A stretch of DNA of 64,000 nt from Lingula anatina (Eukaryota > Animalia > Brachiopoda). The stretch covers positions 17,506,534 through 17,570,533 of the forward strand of contig CM120644.1 of the NCBI GenBank assembly GCA_051362555.1, written 5' to 3'. Position numbers and translations under genes: made by a program. Shown here piece by piece: positions 49,457 through 63,996 of the stretch. The stretch's first letter is position 1. Each line of letters opens with the position of its first letter. The notes beneath the pieces were generated by a model. That model did not search any database and was not told the origin of the DNA. It worked only from the letters and a program-made list of their open reading frames with translations.

Positions 49457-50699
49457 ATGCTATGTACGAATTATTCCTGAAACCCCTACCTCCACACGTG
49501 CATGTACATTCACTTCACTTATAATCTCAACTTGATCCCCTTGGATTTTGGTCTCTAGGCGTGAAGATAGTCGCAACGAGCCCTTTTCAAAATTTTTGAA
49601 AATTTTAAATAAATTTAATATATCTCCCAAGCCAAATAGACTACTGACGAGTTCATTTTTTTTAGTTCAGTGTTTTCTGTCTTTCCGCAGTAATGAGTTC
49701 AAATTTAGTTGCTAAATGATGTATGGTGGCGTTTGGCTATAAGCAGTTGAAAGAGGTCTTGCGGTAATTGTATCAACATGATGGATGGCAAATGGCGCTA
49801 ACTTCTCACGCTTGTTTTTTTTGTGCGAAGTATCGCATTGAACGTTTGTATGCCTTTGTAGAGAAACTAATTAAGTGCTCATTAAATCATTATGTGGTTC
49901 TTACTTTACATATATATACATGACATTGATTTACTAATGAGGAATACGAGAAAAACATTTTCGAAAAAAAAAACATAAATGAATTTAAATTACTTCGATT
50001 GTTTTAAAATGCAGATCAAAAGGAAATATTGTCTGAATATTTTAATTAGTTAAGTTAAGTTTCATCAAGAGTCAACAAGTGCAGAACATGTTTTTAGTGT
50101 CAGATAAAGATGGAAAAGGTCAAAGTCAGTAACAGTTCATGTGATTGGTTAATTTCATAACATATTTCAATTTTGATCAACTGTATATCACATGATAACC
50201 GAGTTTTGGATAAGGTCCAAGCATGACTAACCCAAATAATATTTTAGATATCTTTAATTTAAAACACGTCTCTTAGGGATTACCTAATAAGGAAATGTTG
50301 CATGGTTTTCATCATGGATTTCTTGTCTAATTAAAATAAATACGTGTTCTGTTACATGAGTCCATTAATATCTGTAGAGGTAAACAAGAAAAAAACATCG
50401 TCTAATTAAAATTAAGTTGTGTTCTGTTACATGAGTACATTTTCGAGTGAAGTGTATAAAAAGTGCAGGTACAGGAGCACACTACCGTAGATATCGAGAC
50501 CCTGCGTGAAAGAAGGTAGAGACTGGAGTTGGTAAGTACTTACGGATCACGCAGAGATTCATTCCTTGTATTAATTAATTCATTCGTTTTCCCTTTATTC
50601 CCATTATTATTATTATCACTATTGTTGATGTAATTGTGTTGTTGTTGTTGCTGTTGTCGCTGTAACCATACTCTAAAGTTCGGGAACGCGTCGTAAACA

Positions 50700-51140
50700 T
50701 GAAACCGAACACATTTTAAGTGTGCAAATGTTACAGTTTGAGAACGCTTTAAACAGTGTTCTGGCGCTAGAACACTACGCGTTGTGAAATATAGAACACA
50801 TTTTTATGTTATTTTTTGTGTTTTGTTCAGAACACATTTACATTAAATTCAGAACACTTTTATCCTGTTCATATGTTACATTTTGAGAACGCTTTAAACA
50901 GTGTTCTGGCGCTAGAACAGTAAGTGTTGTGAAATATAGAACACATTTTATGTTCTTTTTTGTGTTTGTGTTTTAGAACACAATTACATGTATTTCAGAA
51001 CACTTTTTACGTGTTCAAATGTTTCTTTTTGAGAACACTAAAATGTGGTCTAAAAGGAACTTAGAACACTTGTTATTCTGAAAGAAATCTAGAATACTTG
51101 GTGTTCTTCAATAAAATGCATTTATTTGAAAGAGAACAAA
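50700..51140. repeat. agaacac-rich subterminal repeats with a ~146-bp tandem duplication, probably a DNA transposon end
   Basis: gagaacgctttaaacagtgttctggcgctagaaca occurs at ~50740 and ~50885. Many agaacac motifs. Confidence 0.65.
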
Positions 51141-54100
51141 ATTTCTTAAGTCACATTACATGAGCATCAGCTTGACTTTCTTAAAATGTATTACAAACAA
51201 TCAGATTATTGAAAGAAAGTGCGAAACTTCTAGGCTAACAATATCCGTAAAAATGCGCATCAACACAAGCAACACAGGTACTTTTTTATCTGTATAAAGC
51301 TTAACGCGCCAAACTTTATGGTGGCTAAATATGTGACTAAGTTGGATCAAACCATGAAACAAGGGTGGTCAAGCAGTCGAAGCAGAGAGACGAGACCCGG
51401 CATACAAGTTTGGCAGCAAGTTCTTTATTTTGACACTGTAGTCTAAAAGATTTCTTTAGGTAAGTATATAAAAAGCTTTAATTTGACACTGGATTTTGTC
51501 ATGTCGAAAACAAGCTATGAGCAGCTTAAAAAACTTACAAAAGTGTTTTCTTTGAAGCATGGATTATTCGTTGATGTCGTTTTAATACCTCAACTCAGCC
51601 TCAACTCAGGAGTGCCACTTGGTGGGGTCGTGTGCTCCTCAGCAACGCCTTTACATGAGTTGGAATTGTTCTTAGTCCAAGCAGTCTGCAGTACCTGCAC
51701 GTGACGCTCTACATCCTTAGGACTTTCTACATGTTGCTCAACTACTGGTTCGTTCATGAATGTCTTCATCTTTTTCAATGCTGATGTGATAGGTAGTATT
51801 TGCTGAATGAGTGTAATATTAACTAATAAATCAACAACCAAACCACCTCTTTTTAACAATAGCTTTTCGTTACAATAAGTCATTTAGTATCTTAATCCTT
51901 TGAGCGCCACGATTGTTGTCTAATTTTCATAAAAAAAGGTTTCACAATTGGCACTTCGAGAGACTGTGGTACAAAGAGACTTTTCAGTTACATTCAACTT
52001 GCATTCCTGAAGGCCCACCTCCAAAACATTATCAGTTTATTTTGTTCAAAGCGGATAAAAAACCAACCCATGGCTATGGTCCTTTCAATGCAAACACAGG
52101 ATAGCGTTGATACATTTTCTGCTCAATCGCAAGATAGGGAGTCTGGGCTCCGTATCTCGAAAGGTTCGCTATGTTGCGCACGAGCGTTAGTGTCTGTTGC
52201 ACCTTCAAGTATCGTAACATGTTTTCATGTCATGTACCTATTATCCCTAGAAGTATTTTCTGCCCAAAATACCAAAAGAAAAAATGTTATCTCACTATGT
52301 TGTTGGAAAAACTGCTTTTTTTCTCTGAGCCCACGTCTTCCCTTCCGTTCACCTCCAGCTAAAAATGACCACTCAGCTTCACGTCTTACACCACTACACG
52401 TCACGCCCGGTACAATCCTCTCTCCTCCGGTACCCTCCATTAACTTGCCCATTATGCTGTTAACAATGCAAAGACACCATTAAGACTAGAACCAGACGGG
52501 CCCTAATTAGGATGGTGTGTGGGCCTCCTAGACATAGGACTAGGTTAGGACTGGGCCTGTGACATATATATATATATGATGTGGGAAACGAACAAGCCAA
52601 TCAATCTGTAGCCGAGTATAACAGTAAAGGTGAATAACAACGGATCTTTCACGGAACGGTTCATACACGTGTACAATCATACCGTGTACAATCGGTCAGG
52701 ACGGATGGTTCACGCAGAACGGACTGTACACGTGACACCGGTAATGACTTACACGATGGATAATATGTTATGCAAGAGGAGAAATGCAACCAATGTGGTT
52801 AACCAATTTGTCGTAAATTACTTTCCTAATGTAAGACAGTGGGTGTAAGAATAATCAATGACAGGCATAGAGATGATGTAACTGCGAGTTTTACCTTTTG
52901 TAACTTAAACGGACTGAGAACAATGACTATTTGCTAGCTGAATCCAAATCTTTCACTTATATTGCGCAGTTTTCATCGGGCACATTCAACACCTTTTCTC
53001 ATCATGCACCAATCACGTTTGTCCTGGTTAGTGGGCCTTTAAAACAAAATGCGCTACCAGATAACGATGCACATAAGACAGGCATTGAACTCAGAAATAG
53101 ACTCCATTCCCATGGATTTTAGATCGATCTATCCCTGTGGGGAGTCTCACATGATTACTGTCAGTTTAGCCGGATTAAGCGTCTGTCCCGCCTACTTAAA
53201 GCTGTAAGGGGGTAATCAACTATGGTGCACGCTCGGCTGAGTGCAATTTAGCGTGAACCCCCAGGGAGTTAGGTCGATCTAAATCTTAATCTCTGATCTA
53301 TCTAAATCTCTGGGAATGCACCCTTAGTGTTTCGGTTAGATGGATAGAAAATAAAGCTTAGTCGATAAATGACATAAATGGGGCATTAGCGTGTCAAATA
53401 GACAATTTGTGTATTACGAGGGATGCTCAGATAAATAACCCCGTAGACCTTAACAATTAGGTGGACGAAATCAGTAGCATGTTAAGAGATACTGTGTTGC
53501 CCTTTTGTAAAGTAAACAAGTTAGATACCTCCAAAAAGCATCATGAGGAGAAATATACATACATAGGAACAAGTAAAAGTTAAAAGTTTGAATTTAATAT
53601 AAATAAGACACGAGATAATCATAAAATCCTGTTGGACAAAAAATCACGTTATAAGAATATTTGTAAACAGTCAAAAAGAAAATATAGCTGTTTCGAAGGT
53701 GATATGTTAGAATATTTAAAAACGGCAAACCAAGCACAAATCCTGATCCACGTTTGCAAATGTTAACTGGAAATCATTTTGTTATTGTGACGAAATCAAG
53801 AGAGGGTAGAATCTCTGAAGTCCACAAACGTTGCTCCCTGGTATGTTTTTCAGTATTACCAGAAGGACAGAGACGAGTTTAGGTGTGGTTGCACAGTTAT
53901 ACCGCATTCATCGACGAGGGTCCTCTTTTGTTTGGCATATTTATAATATAAGCGTGTTTTCAAAATATGGCAGTAAACATCTATATCCCCTTTTGCAACA
54001 AAATAAAGAGAGACAATTTGATTATATGTCTGAAATACCTAGAATTTCTATATAATTTTTCTATAAAAATTGTACGATTATATAGTATCGCCTATAGGTA

Positions 54101-54608
54101 CTTCTGGATGCTTAGCAGGGAATGAAGTTGTTTGTGGAGTTTATTTAAGACAACAGTCAATGTGTGAATATATATTAAATTTTGCATAATTGACAAAGCC
54201 GTCGATCGTTTTTTTCTTTGTGGCGTAATGAGGGCAAAGGCGTAGCTTTAAAACCCCGTGGAACGGGTTTTGTGACAGACTCCCTTTAATAGCTTGATGC
54301 AGAAAAGGACACTGCGCTACAGCACCGCGCAAAAACCAGAAAAATTGACGTTGAGATCTGGTGCCCCGTTCTCTACATATTTGGCTTAATGTGTGTGCTG
54401 TGCAAGTACATGTAACAGTTTTTTCTTTGGTTGAATGATATGCAAAAGTATACGTTGCGGAACTGAAGAAGAAAACGGTCTGGCCAAGCAACTGCTGTGT
54501 CTTGTATGCTTATGAATCCCATTAAGAATGCACAGTAAAATATACTTTAAATGAAGTGTGTAAGTAAGGTTAACAATGTAATGTTTTTTTTTTCGTTTCA
54601 GCAACAAC

Positions 54609-57600
54609 ATGGAAGGTATCTTTGCGATATATTGCATCCTGTTGGTAGTTCAGGTTCAAGGTAATTGCATTCTTTTTTTTAATTGCACCGATTTGTCATG
54701 AACCGTTCTCGTGATTTTAGTTTTTGAAAAGTAAATGTTGTAGTATACCGGTATGTGTCTGATCAAATATCTTCATAAGATAAATCAAGTATTTCAAAAC
54801 CTTGTGATGGCGGGATAAAAAAGCATGCATTACAGAAACCTTTTTAATAAGAAAAAATCATTGAGAGATAAAAATTAAAGCACATTTCGTTGATGTCAAT
54901 GAAATGCTCTTTTTTTATCTAATGAACACCTAGATATTTTGTCATTCTACAACAAATGTATCCTAAATTTATAACCTTAAAATTATATCAGCTGCAGTAA
55001 CGTGTGACATGAACGACAAGATCAAGTATTTAAATACAATTATGAATGTTTTATCACAAATCCATACGACCGCTTTTTTCAGAAAGATATGATTTGTTTA
55101 TTTTCTAGCACACATGCCTTTACCCGCCTTATATAAATGTGATGGACGTATATTGTAATATAATCAGACAGGGCGTGATATAGATTTTAACATTCTTTTC
55201 TTCTTTTTTTAGTACAATTTACTATTTGTTTGATTGATTTTACATAAGTAGTATATAACAAGTTGATAAATCACGGGCGGTGGTAGATACATGTAAGATG
55301 CTTATGCTCCTTGGAAATAAAACAATTTTTTGACAAAGAAACTTTTAAGCCTTGCAGTGAATCATAAAAATTACGAAAGAAATCGTTTTCATGCTTAGTT
55401 CCAAATTATGATATATTTTAATGTAAAACTTCAATGTACCAACGTCTATCGACCGGTATGACAGGAATGGAGGTCCTCTAGGAACCGTTGTCCGGTACCC
55501 ATTACTTTGTACAGGTGACATTCGTCCATATACTAACCCCAATACTAATCATTTGGGAACCCGGGCTCCGTATCTCGAAAGGAGCGCTATGTTGCGCACG
55601 TGCGTTAGTGTCTCGATTCCATAACCGATTCTATTTCGAGATACGGGGCCATGGAATCCAGACACTAACGCACGTGCGCAACATAGCGAACCTTTCGAGA
55701 TACGGAGCCCCGGACTTCCATTCCTAGGACTATCGTTCCTGTCTCATCGGGTTCTGGAGAATAGCAGTATCTTTTGAAAAAAAAATAGATTTATTTTTAC
55801 CGTTGATAACAGCCACAATCCACATATTGTTTTGCTCTTCATTTAGGACACTACTGGACCGGCTGGTTTGACCGCGACAACCCATCGGGGACTGGAGATT
55901 GGGAAACTTTATCTGACCAAAAGGTGAAACAAATGTTACTAGTATTGGGTTATTTTGCCATTGCTTTTGGTATTTGACGCTTTACCCGCCTATAGTCAAA
56001 AAGTTTAGTTTTCTTATGATGGTGGTGTTGGTGGGTAAAATCCTAGAACGGTATATTGTATGGTGATGTTAAATACCATGTAATTTAAATGGCATCATGC
56101 AGTCCCTTAATTTTGAGCTCAGTCTTATGTATCTAAAAACTGCAATACCAATTTTCCATCTACCCATATTCCAAACACTACATACTATCAGTAGTGCAAA
56201 TCATTAGGTTTGATAGTCAGCAATACTAGTATATACATGCATACTTTGTCTATGTGTAACAGGCATTAGGGGAAGTGTGTGGAGTTAATTGCGACCCCAT
56301 AGCTGCAGAGTGCCGTGTTAAGGGAACCAACACTGTGTTCACTCGCTGGGCCGGTACAGCTCCGGACAAACTTTTGTACCACTGCCTGCCCTCTAAGGGC
56401 CTGGCCTGCCGCAACGCCGACAACCCCGTAATCTGCAAAGACTATGAGATAAGATACAAGTGTCCGTCTACCAGTATGTATATGGAAGATTGTGTTAGTT
56501 GTGCCACTGGCGGTTGTAATTGTGCTGTGCTACATTAGGAAAGTTAATCAATAATAGTAGTTCATTCTCTACTTAAGGCCTCCGGCCTTTTTACAATGAT
56601 TTGATGATAATTCATTTCATTCATTTTCATGCGCATTTCATGATACATCCCCCTCTAATAGCGGCTTTCTTTTCATTTCTGCTTTTGTCAAACAATTCGC
56701 AATATTCCTTAAAACTCTAATATTCATTGATTTCATCAATCTGATAAATATTTCACGCGAACCCAGTTCTCAATTACAAGTAGGCAACTATCCGATAATA
56801 AATTTACCCTCAAGTCGCTAAATGGAGGACATTCTAACAAGAAGAGTCTTTTGCATTCGACTACCTCTCAATTACAACACTGACAAATTATCTGATACCT
56901 AGACTTACCACTGTGTGCACCTTTTTCAATTTCAACTTGATGATTCGAACATCGAGCTTAAACTGATATACAGATAGCTTTAGCAAATACTGTAACGTAA
57001 GACTCAATAATAAGATCATGTTTAATTAACTTTTATACATCTAGTTTTACATTGTTAAACATTTCGTCACGACTGGAAGTCAATAATATCCATGCACCTT
57101 TGATTAAAACCCTTTATAAATGTACTTTCATCCCCCACTCCTTGATTTATCCAGGCTATTCCAAAACCATATCCATATAACAGTTTCTTTACTTGTAATC
57201 CCCAACAATCCTTATCGTTTTCTGCCATATTATACTGCCACATGTAACACGCTTTATTAAACCTATACTGTATTTTCAGGTGCATTTATGAGCTTGAGCC
57301 AGTACTTTATTATTTTCACCCGACCCTTAAAGAATCTCTGCCTAATTCAACCCTTGCCGCTACGATAAGTGCATTTCTTTCTAATTGCAATAACAATTTG
57401 CAGAAGTTATTCTGTACAATTTCCCCATCTTGTCCAAGATGAAAAACCCATAGTTTAAAATACCCATAGTTTAAAATAGGAACAATCTTTGTATCAAAAA
57501 TGTTTAACTAGCAATCAACCTTAATTTCACCAAATGTAATCAAAGGTTTTTGCAGGATAAACAAAGCCTTGAATAAAGCTTGTTCAGCTAAATTCTTTTG

Positions 57601-58674
57601 TACCTTATTCCAACCCCCTTTAGTTACCCCGGTAATGATAGCCTAGTGTAACCTCTATTTGTTTCCCTGAACATTTCCATTTTTCATTTTTCCTTAAATA
57701 TCCCCCTCTCCTTAAAATCACCATTTTAGTTTTAGACATACTGACTTTCAATTTCCATCTCTTACAATATTATTCCAACTTGTTGATCTTTCTTTGCAAG
57801 CTTATTGCCGTATCAGAAAACAAAACCAAATCATCAGCAAATAAAAAAATGTACAATTCAATATATCCAACAGAAATGCCCCGATCACCGTTATTTTTAA
57901 ATTAATTTTCTAAGTCATTGATAAATAAATTAACTAGGAAATGAGGAAATAATGTCAAAGATATGTGTCAAATGCACGTTCATATTTACATCAAACCAAA
58001 TCCTCGGTCATTAATTAAGTCGAATAAAATAAATAAAAAATATGTTGATTGATATCTTGATATCATTAAATTGTATTTGATGATTAAAAACATCAAAGTA
58101 TATTTGATCCCACAGGCACTACGTGGACATCCTGGTTAGACAGAGACGACCCCAGCGGTACTGGGGACTGGGAACATGTTGGGAAAACCGGATTTAATCC
58201 TGTACGTGGAGTGTTTGAAATTATATAATAGTAGAATAGTTTTTAATTCTGGTCTGTTATTCTAATAACCGTAAGCTTCATTGCCTTGTATTTAACTTAA
58301 TTATCTTGTTCTCTTTTATTTGAACTTATTGTGTAACTGCTACTACAGTTTCTTTAAATGCTGTTAATTTCAGACAGCGTTGAAAATGTACGGAGCATTC
58401 CAATATGGAGCCATGACTGTCAACAAAATCGTGTCACTTTTTTGTTAATGGTATCGCAATTTACTTTAATAAACTTATCATTTATTTTCAGTGCTCCAAC
58501 AACGATCCAATCAAGATCGAGTGCCGCGTCAAGGGAACCAATCAGCCTTGGGACCAAGCGGGTCAGGTGATCAGGACCAAGTGCACGCCCTCTGAGGGAT
58601 TCGTCTGCGTGAACGCCGACCAGCCGAGTGGGGAGACTTGCAAAGATTACGAAGTCCGCTTCATTTGCCCATAG
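54609..58674 (+). CDS. Secreted protein with two WxxW (mucin CysD/CILP-type) domains, 202 aa; exons 54609-54660, 55847-55923, 56263-56473, 58116-58201, 58492-58674
   Basis: Signal peptide MEGIFAIYCILLVVQVQG. WTGWFDRDNPSGTGDWE..ECR..GLACRN..CKDYEIRYKCP and WTSWLDRDDPSGTGDWE..IECR..GFVCVN..CKDYEVRFICP*. All GT-AG, phases consistent (609 nt). AATAAA at 58703. Confidence 0.92.
55453..55750. mobile_element. MITE with a nested second MITE (55563-55710)
   Basis: Outer element matches 48005-48175. Inner has ~50-bp TIRs gggctccgtatctcgaaagg / cctttcgagatacggagccc. A lone arm of the inner element lies at 52145-52195. Confidence 0.75.
56610..57935 (-). mobile_element. L2/CR1-group LINE remnant in intron 3 of the WxxW gene
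   Basis: Minus strand LFADDLVLFSDT (RT motif, ~57810-57846), WGLQVKKLLYGYGFGIAWINQ, ATGAA-like repeated tail at ~56610-56640. Confidence 0.85.
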
Positions 58675-59309
58675 CTCTGCCCATGCAACCCAAAATGTGT
58701 CTAATAAATAAATCACAGACATGTGCTTCATGTAGTAGTGCCCTGATATCTCGTCGATTTAAGTCATGTCGTCTTAAAAAATTAACTAGCAAATAATATG
58801 CAATCGACGTTTTAACCATGTAGAAATTGGTTTCAAATTCCCTTTGCTTTCATTTCGAAAAAAAATATCCAAATTTATGCGGCAATAAATTGTAGAATTT
58901 AAACAGTAAAGTGTTGTTATTGTTTTCTTTGAAGTTTATAAAAGTTCTCTTCTAATACTTCATTTTTCATTCTGTCTATCCGTTCACCCATCTATCCATC
59001 TATCCTTCTATCAATCTATTCATCTAGCTATATATCTTATTATTTTGTTTGTGAAACGGGGGCCTGATAGTTTGCGGTTTAGGCATAAAACAGGACACGG
59101 TGTTCACAATTAAATTTGGCAGTATTTGGGAAGAAAACGACAGTGAAAAGAATGAGTACCCATCACTTTCTGTCGTCCTGTGTCTTATGTCTGTGTTAAA
59201 TTCTTTATTTTAGGGATATATAATTTGAAAGGTTCATCTGTGCAGAAAAAAAACACAACTTAAAAAACAATGGGATCTTCCATGAAGTTCTTTATCATTT
59301 GAAATAGTA

Positions 59310-59862
59310 CCCAACTACCAGAGTAGGCACCTACGGATCCTGAATTAACCGGTATATCGGACCACACTACCCGTTTTCAAGGTGTGTGTCAGAACGCATT
59401 TCGGAGTATCATACCCCAGAACAAATTTTGTAGGACGACTGCGGGTTCATCCACGCTCGGCTGAACAACCTTAAACTGTACTCTTACTTTAGAGTACCCT
59501 ATGTTATTGTCTCTATGGGGGTATGTGGGGACTTTACGACATTCGGTTTGAATGTTTTAACCACTTTTGATAGGGCTTTTTTTTTGCATTGTATTAGATT
59601 GATGTGGCAGTCTAAGGTTGTTCAAGGTGGCTTTAAAATTTATACACCCGGTTTTAAAATCATATAGCGATTTTACGACAATCGTTTACTATCCAATCAA
59701 GGTGACAGCCGAGCGTGGGCTCATCCTGTCGGTGTTCTGACTGATACTCCGAAATGCGATCTGACACACTACCCGTTTTCAAGGTGTGTGTCAGATCGCA
59801 TTTCGGATATACCGATATACCGGTTAATTCAGGATCCTTAGGTGCCGAGTCTGGTAGTTGGA
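59310..59862. mobile_element. MITE (family of 16647-16935) with nested insertion ~59451-59718
   Basis: TA|cccaactaccagag...ctggtagttgga|TA. Inner inverted pair ccacgctcggctg / cagccgagcgtgg. Confidence 0.75.
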
Positions 59863-60043
59863 TAGGCCTGGTTTGTATTTGAATTTAGAGGCAGTATTGT
59901 CGGATATGTACCGGGTATGTGGCTATTTTAAGACGGTTCCAACAGGAATAAAAAGCAAAAGGGCATTACCTTTAAAACAACGTCTGAAGTTACACAATAG
60001 TTCTATCACGAAGTCTCATAATCATATGTTTTGACCCCCCAAA

Positions 60044-60053
60044 ACACACACAA

Positions 60054-60095
<42 letters not shown>
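60044..60095. repeat. (CA)n microsatellite
   Basis: Direct reading. Confidence 0.95.
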
Positions 60096-60869
60096 TATAT
60101 AAAATTACCTACCCCTTTTTCAACAAATGGTAGTTCCCAAGTTAGCACTGCTATAAGTATATATAGTGACGTGGAGGCAACGAGAGCGAACATCTCACAG
60201 TGTAAAGTTTGCATCCTACAATGCACAACACGCAAGATTACCAAGCCCAGCCACACGGTGTTGAGTTTGTGCGGTCTCGAGTAAATAAACTTTTATTACT
60301 ACATCTGCCTTATTTAGAGCACGTCATGAGTGGCATAACTGCGATAGATAGCTGCCAAAATCATCTATGGTAGACGGTTTCTTGGGACAAAACCATTACT
60401 TACAAAGATGTGTTGTATACAACAGTAATCACATTTAAATAATCGTTTTTAAACCACCTTATCATTGCTCATGTTTTTACATAGATGCCTTGTGGCTGCT
60501 TTTTATTTTAATTCGGTTTATTACTGTAGAGTCTAACTGTAAACAGTTTTCGTTGCCAGTGATATTATAAGCACAGTAAATGTGGAAATAAAAAATTCGA
60601 TGTTTAAACTTTGGTAATATTGGACCAAATGCATGCTTTGTTATCATAGGGATGTTTTAGAATGATATGTAAAAGAACGGTAACAGAAGGACTATTATTT
60701 ATGCATTTAAGTGAAAAACTCAATATCGGACAAGAGTGGAATATGTACTGTATTTCTCTGTCAGGACCTCTTCATGCGCTAGTGTTTTCGTATTTGTGTG
60801 TGTATTAAGTGTGTATAAGTGTGAGTTGCGTTAGTATGAGAGAGGAAGAGAACGTGTGTTTGCGTGGGC

Positions 60870-60905
<36 letters not shown>

Positions 60906-62052
60906 ACGTGTGCACTGTGCGCGAGCGTGTTTGAATTTTCACTCATCAATTAATAGATCAGTGTCAAAACAAAAGCGCACACGCTAACGGTTACCCAGCC
61001 ATTCCCTTCACTGTATAAGAGGTCAAAGAGACAAAACAGAAACTATAGACAAGACCCACAGGCGTAAAAATGCACTCTCGTGTGCACACAAACACGCGCA
61101 TGCGTTGCATTTATGTACGGTACGAAACCGCACGCAAAAACACGTGCAAACAAAAACTCTAGTTTTAAGAGATGGTCAACCGTTCAAAAGTTCACATGAA
61201 AACGTGAAAATGCATTTTTACTGTTTATAAGAACATATAACAACTGTAACAGGCATGCTTCCCATTCAACAAAGGTATGAACATTTATTTGAAAATAATA
61301 TGGAAGTCATCAGAGGTCAAGATCTTGCTAAAATTCCTAAGTGAAACTCGAAAAAGGACCAAAACACATTCAAATACAATTTCAACTTTATTTTCACAGA
61401 AATGAACTTTAATTAATTTTCTAACTACCGTTGAGTATTGCATACAGAAAATGTCGTACAACTGACAACTGTCGGTCAACTGACTAAGGGTAAAATAATG
61501 TATGTGAAGGTCAAATCTTTATTAAAATATATACAAAAGTGAGGTTAGTGATCTTATAAAACACACATCAAACTAATAAAATATATCCATTGACAGTAAA
61601 GCAGTTAACAACTGAATAAAATTATAGTTATTAAATAAAAGGACACAAGTTTGTTAACCATGGTAGGTCAAGGTCGTGTTTGTGTGTAAAGGTCACTCTA
61701 AAATGGGTTGAAAGGTAACAACATTTTGCAGAGCTATGGCTTCCAGCACATTTCAAGCAATGCATAATACAAGTCATCGTTTAAATTTCATCTCTTTAAA
61801 TGTAAAAATGTAACAAGGTAAAGGGAATATAATATCGCGCACGAGCCGACACACACACGCACACACGTACCCACGCACAGAGTTTGTATTCTACTTTATG
61901 ATGCACGCTTCGCCAAGAGTTCTGTCTGCCTCCAGAAGTATTCAGGCTTTTCTTGGCAGCAGATCGCCATGATTTCAGGCAAAATCACCAATCCTGCACC
62001 TACTCTTTGCCACGCCCTCAGGGAAAAATGCTCTGTTGAGTGTCATCAGCCT

Positions 62053-63996
62053 TTAAACCAATATGAATTTGAAGGGACCTGTAACAGCATTGTTTGAAAT
62101 GAAATCTCGATTCAATGCTATTGCCTAAAGTTCAAACAAGTTTTCGGTAGCCAAAGATAAATAAAATCACCCTATCAAAATGTCTGAATTAACGACGGGA
62201 AATTGATACTTCTAATTATTACAGTGAGCCATCATTTATGCAACATTATAATGCCACTTTTACTGCACTTCTTTCAGTCGTTTAAATAGATGAGTACAAG
62301 TTTCATATTACCTCTGGCGGTTACCTACACCAGCTATATTTTAGTGTTTACACCACCGGTATATTGCAGGTAGGAGCCATGAATTTCTAAATTTCTACGT
62401 ATACGTTTTCATTGTGTCTACATGTTTTTTTTTAAGCTGGTAGGTGACGCTATTGTTTTCTTTCGTAACATTTACCCAGTGTTGCCTTAATATCATCTTT
62501 ATACAACTTTGAATTTAATTTCCCAACAAGCTGGAAGTTATTGCGTATAACACTGAATTAGGAATATAAACCAAACCAGCCTCGCAAGATTTTTTATCAT
62601 CTAGCGACTCTGTAAACTAACCTCTATACTTTGTTCAAAATCAAAATAATTTTCAATCTGTGAAACAGGTTTATATCAACTGAAAGATCTAAAAGATGCC
62701 AGTGCACTTGGGAATTCGATAGTCTTTTGGCTATTTACCGTTTTTTACGTACCTATATGGTTTTCACAAAGTTCCCCCGTGTATTCTCTGGGACAATGAC
62801 ACTTGCACAAAATGGGGACGAAGGTTCCGCCATTTTGACACGTTCGATGGCATATATCATTTACTGAAGTAATAAAATGACGCATTTTAGTCTGTTGAAG
62901 AAACCAGTCATCCTCATGTCACTGTACTTTTGTTCCGCATGTAAAATTGGCTTTTCTTAGACAAAATTGAAAATTGTAAAATATGTAGATACCAGACTAG
63001 TGTGCTCATGAAAATGCTACGTTGTATTTTGCTCATTTTCTTCTAAAAATCTTGTGGAAATATTTCAATAAGATTTTAAATAAATCCAACAAACAAGAAT
63101 AATATTTAGCTAAAATAGAAAAAACAATATTTAAAAGAAGGAAAGGAAATTATCTTACCAAATTGACATAAGGCTCCATCACATCCGGGCGGACATATAC
63201 ATTCACACGTATTCTGGTTCAGGACCCCGCCGTTATAGCACTGTTTATTACAACCGGAGCCCTGGGCTGGAAATTTGTATAAAATAAATGTGAATTCCTT
63301 ATAACGTGTTGACAAATTCAAAATGATGACAATTTCGAAATGTTAACAATTTCAGGGCTGGGAATAAGAGTTAATTATATTCTTAAATGTTCTATTCATT
63401 TATATGTAATACATGCATCTCGACAGATCACAATAATTCCATCTTGATTTCAATTTTGTGTACTACTTAATATGCATCAGAGAGAAACGTAGAGAGAGGG
63501 AATGAGAAACGTTGGCTATAAGTGAGGAATGGAAACAATCTCGACATCAGAGCGCATGCGCGCAAGGTCGCGTGGTTAATGTGTTTGACAGAGAGACTGT
63601 AGGAAAGTAACAAAACGAGAGAGAGAAAGAGGGAGGGGAAGGGAGGGGTTTTTCCTTACGTTGGTCACACAGATCTCCAGTCCATCCCGGGCTACAAGAA
63701 CACGTGCAATCAGGCTGCAGCTGACCGTTGACACAATTCTTGTTGCAGCCTCCTAAATTGAAAAAAAATCTTCATATGATCTCTATAATCTAAAACTATC
63801 ATAAGGCACACATGAGGTGAATATTTTTCACTTGTGGGTATATTTTGCTTTTATTGTGCACGTGCTTTGAATATCTGAACGTTTTGTTAGTTTCACTCAC
63901 GTTGAGAGCACGTGGGGCCGGTCCATCCGGGGTAGCAGAGACAGGTGCACGTGGCAGGGTTCACGACGCCATGCATACACGTTTTGGTGCACACTC
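62053..63996 (-). CDS. Multi-EGF-like repeat protein, copy B (3' part; continues beyond window)
   Basis: Exons 63901-63996, 63660-63752, 63159-63266, 62753-62863 and 62053-62078 have the same sizes as copy A and near-identical peptides. Introns also align. Confidence 0.88.

Noticed and set aside
50544-50562. Candidate first exon MNLCVI|gtaagt for EGF gene A
   Set aside because: Too short for a signal peptide and has no other support.
52558-52737. Solo LTR candidates (also ~60162-60303)
   Set aside because: TG..CA-like ends but no matching target-site duplication could be identified.
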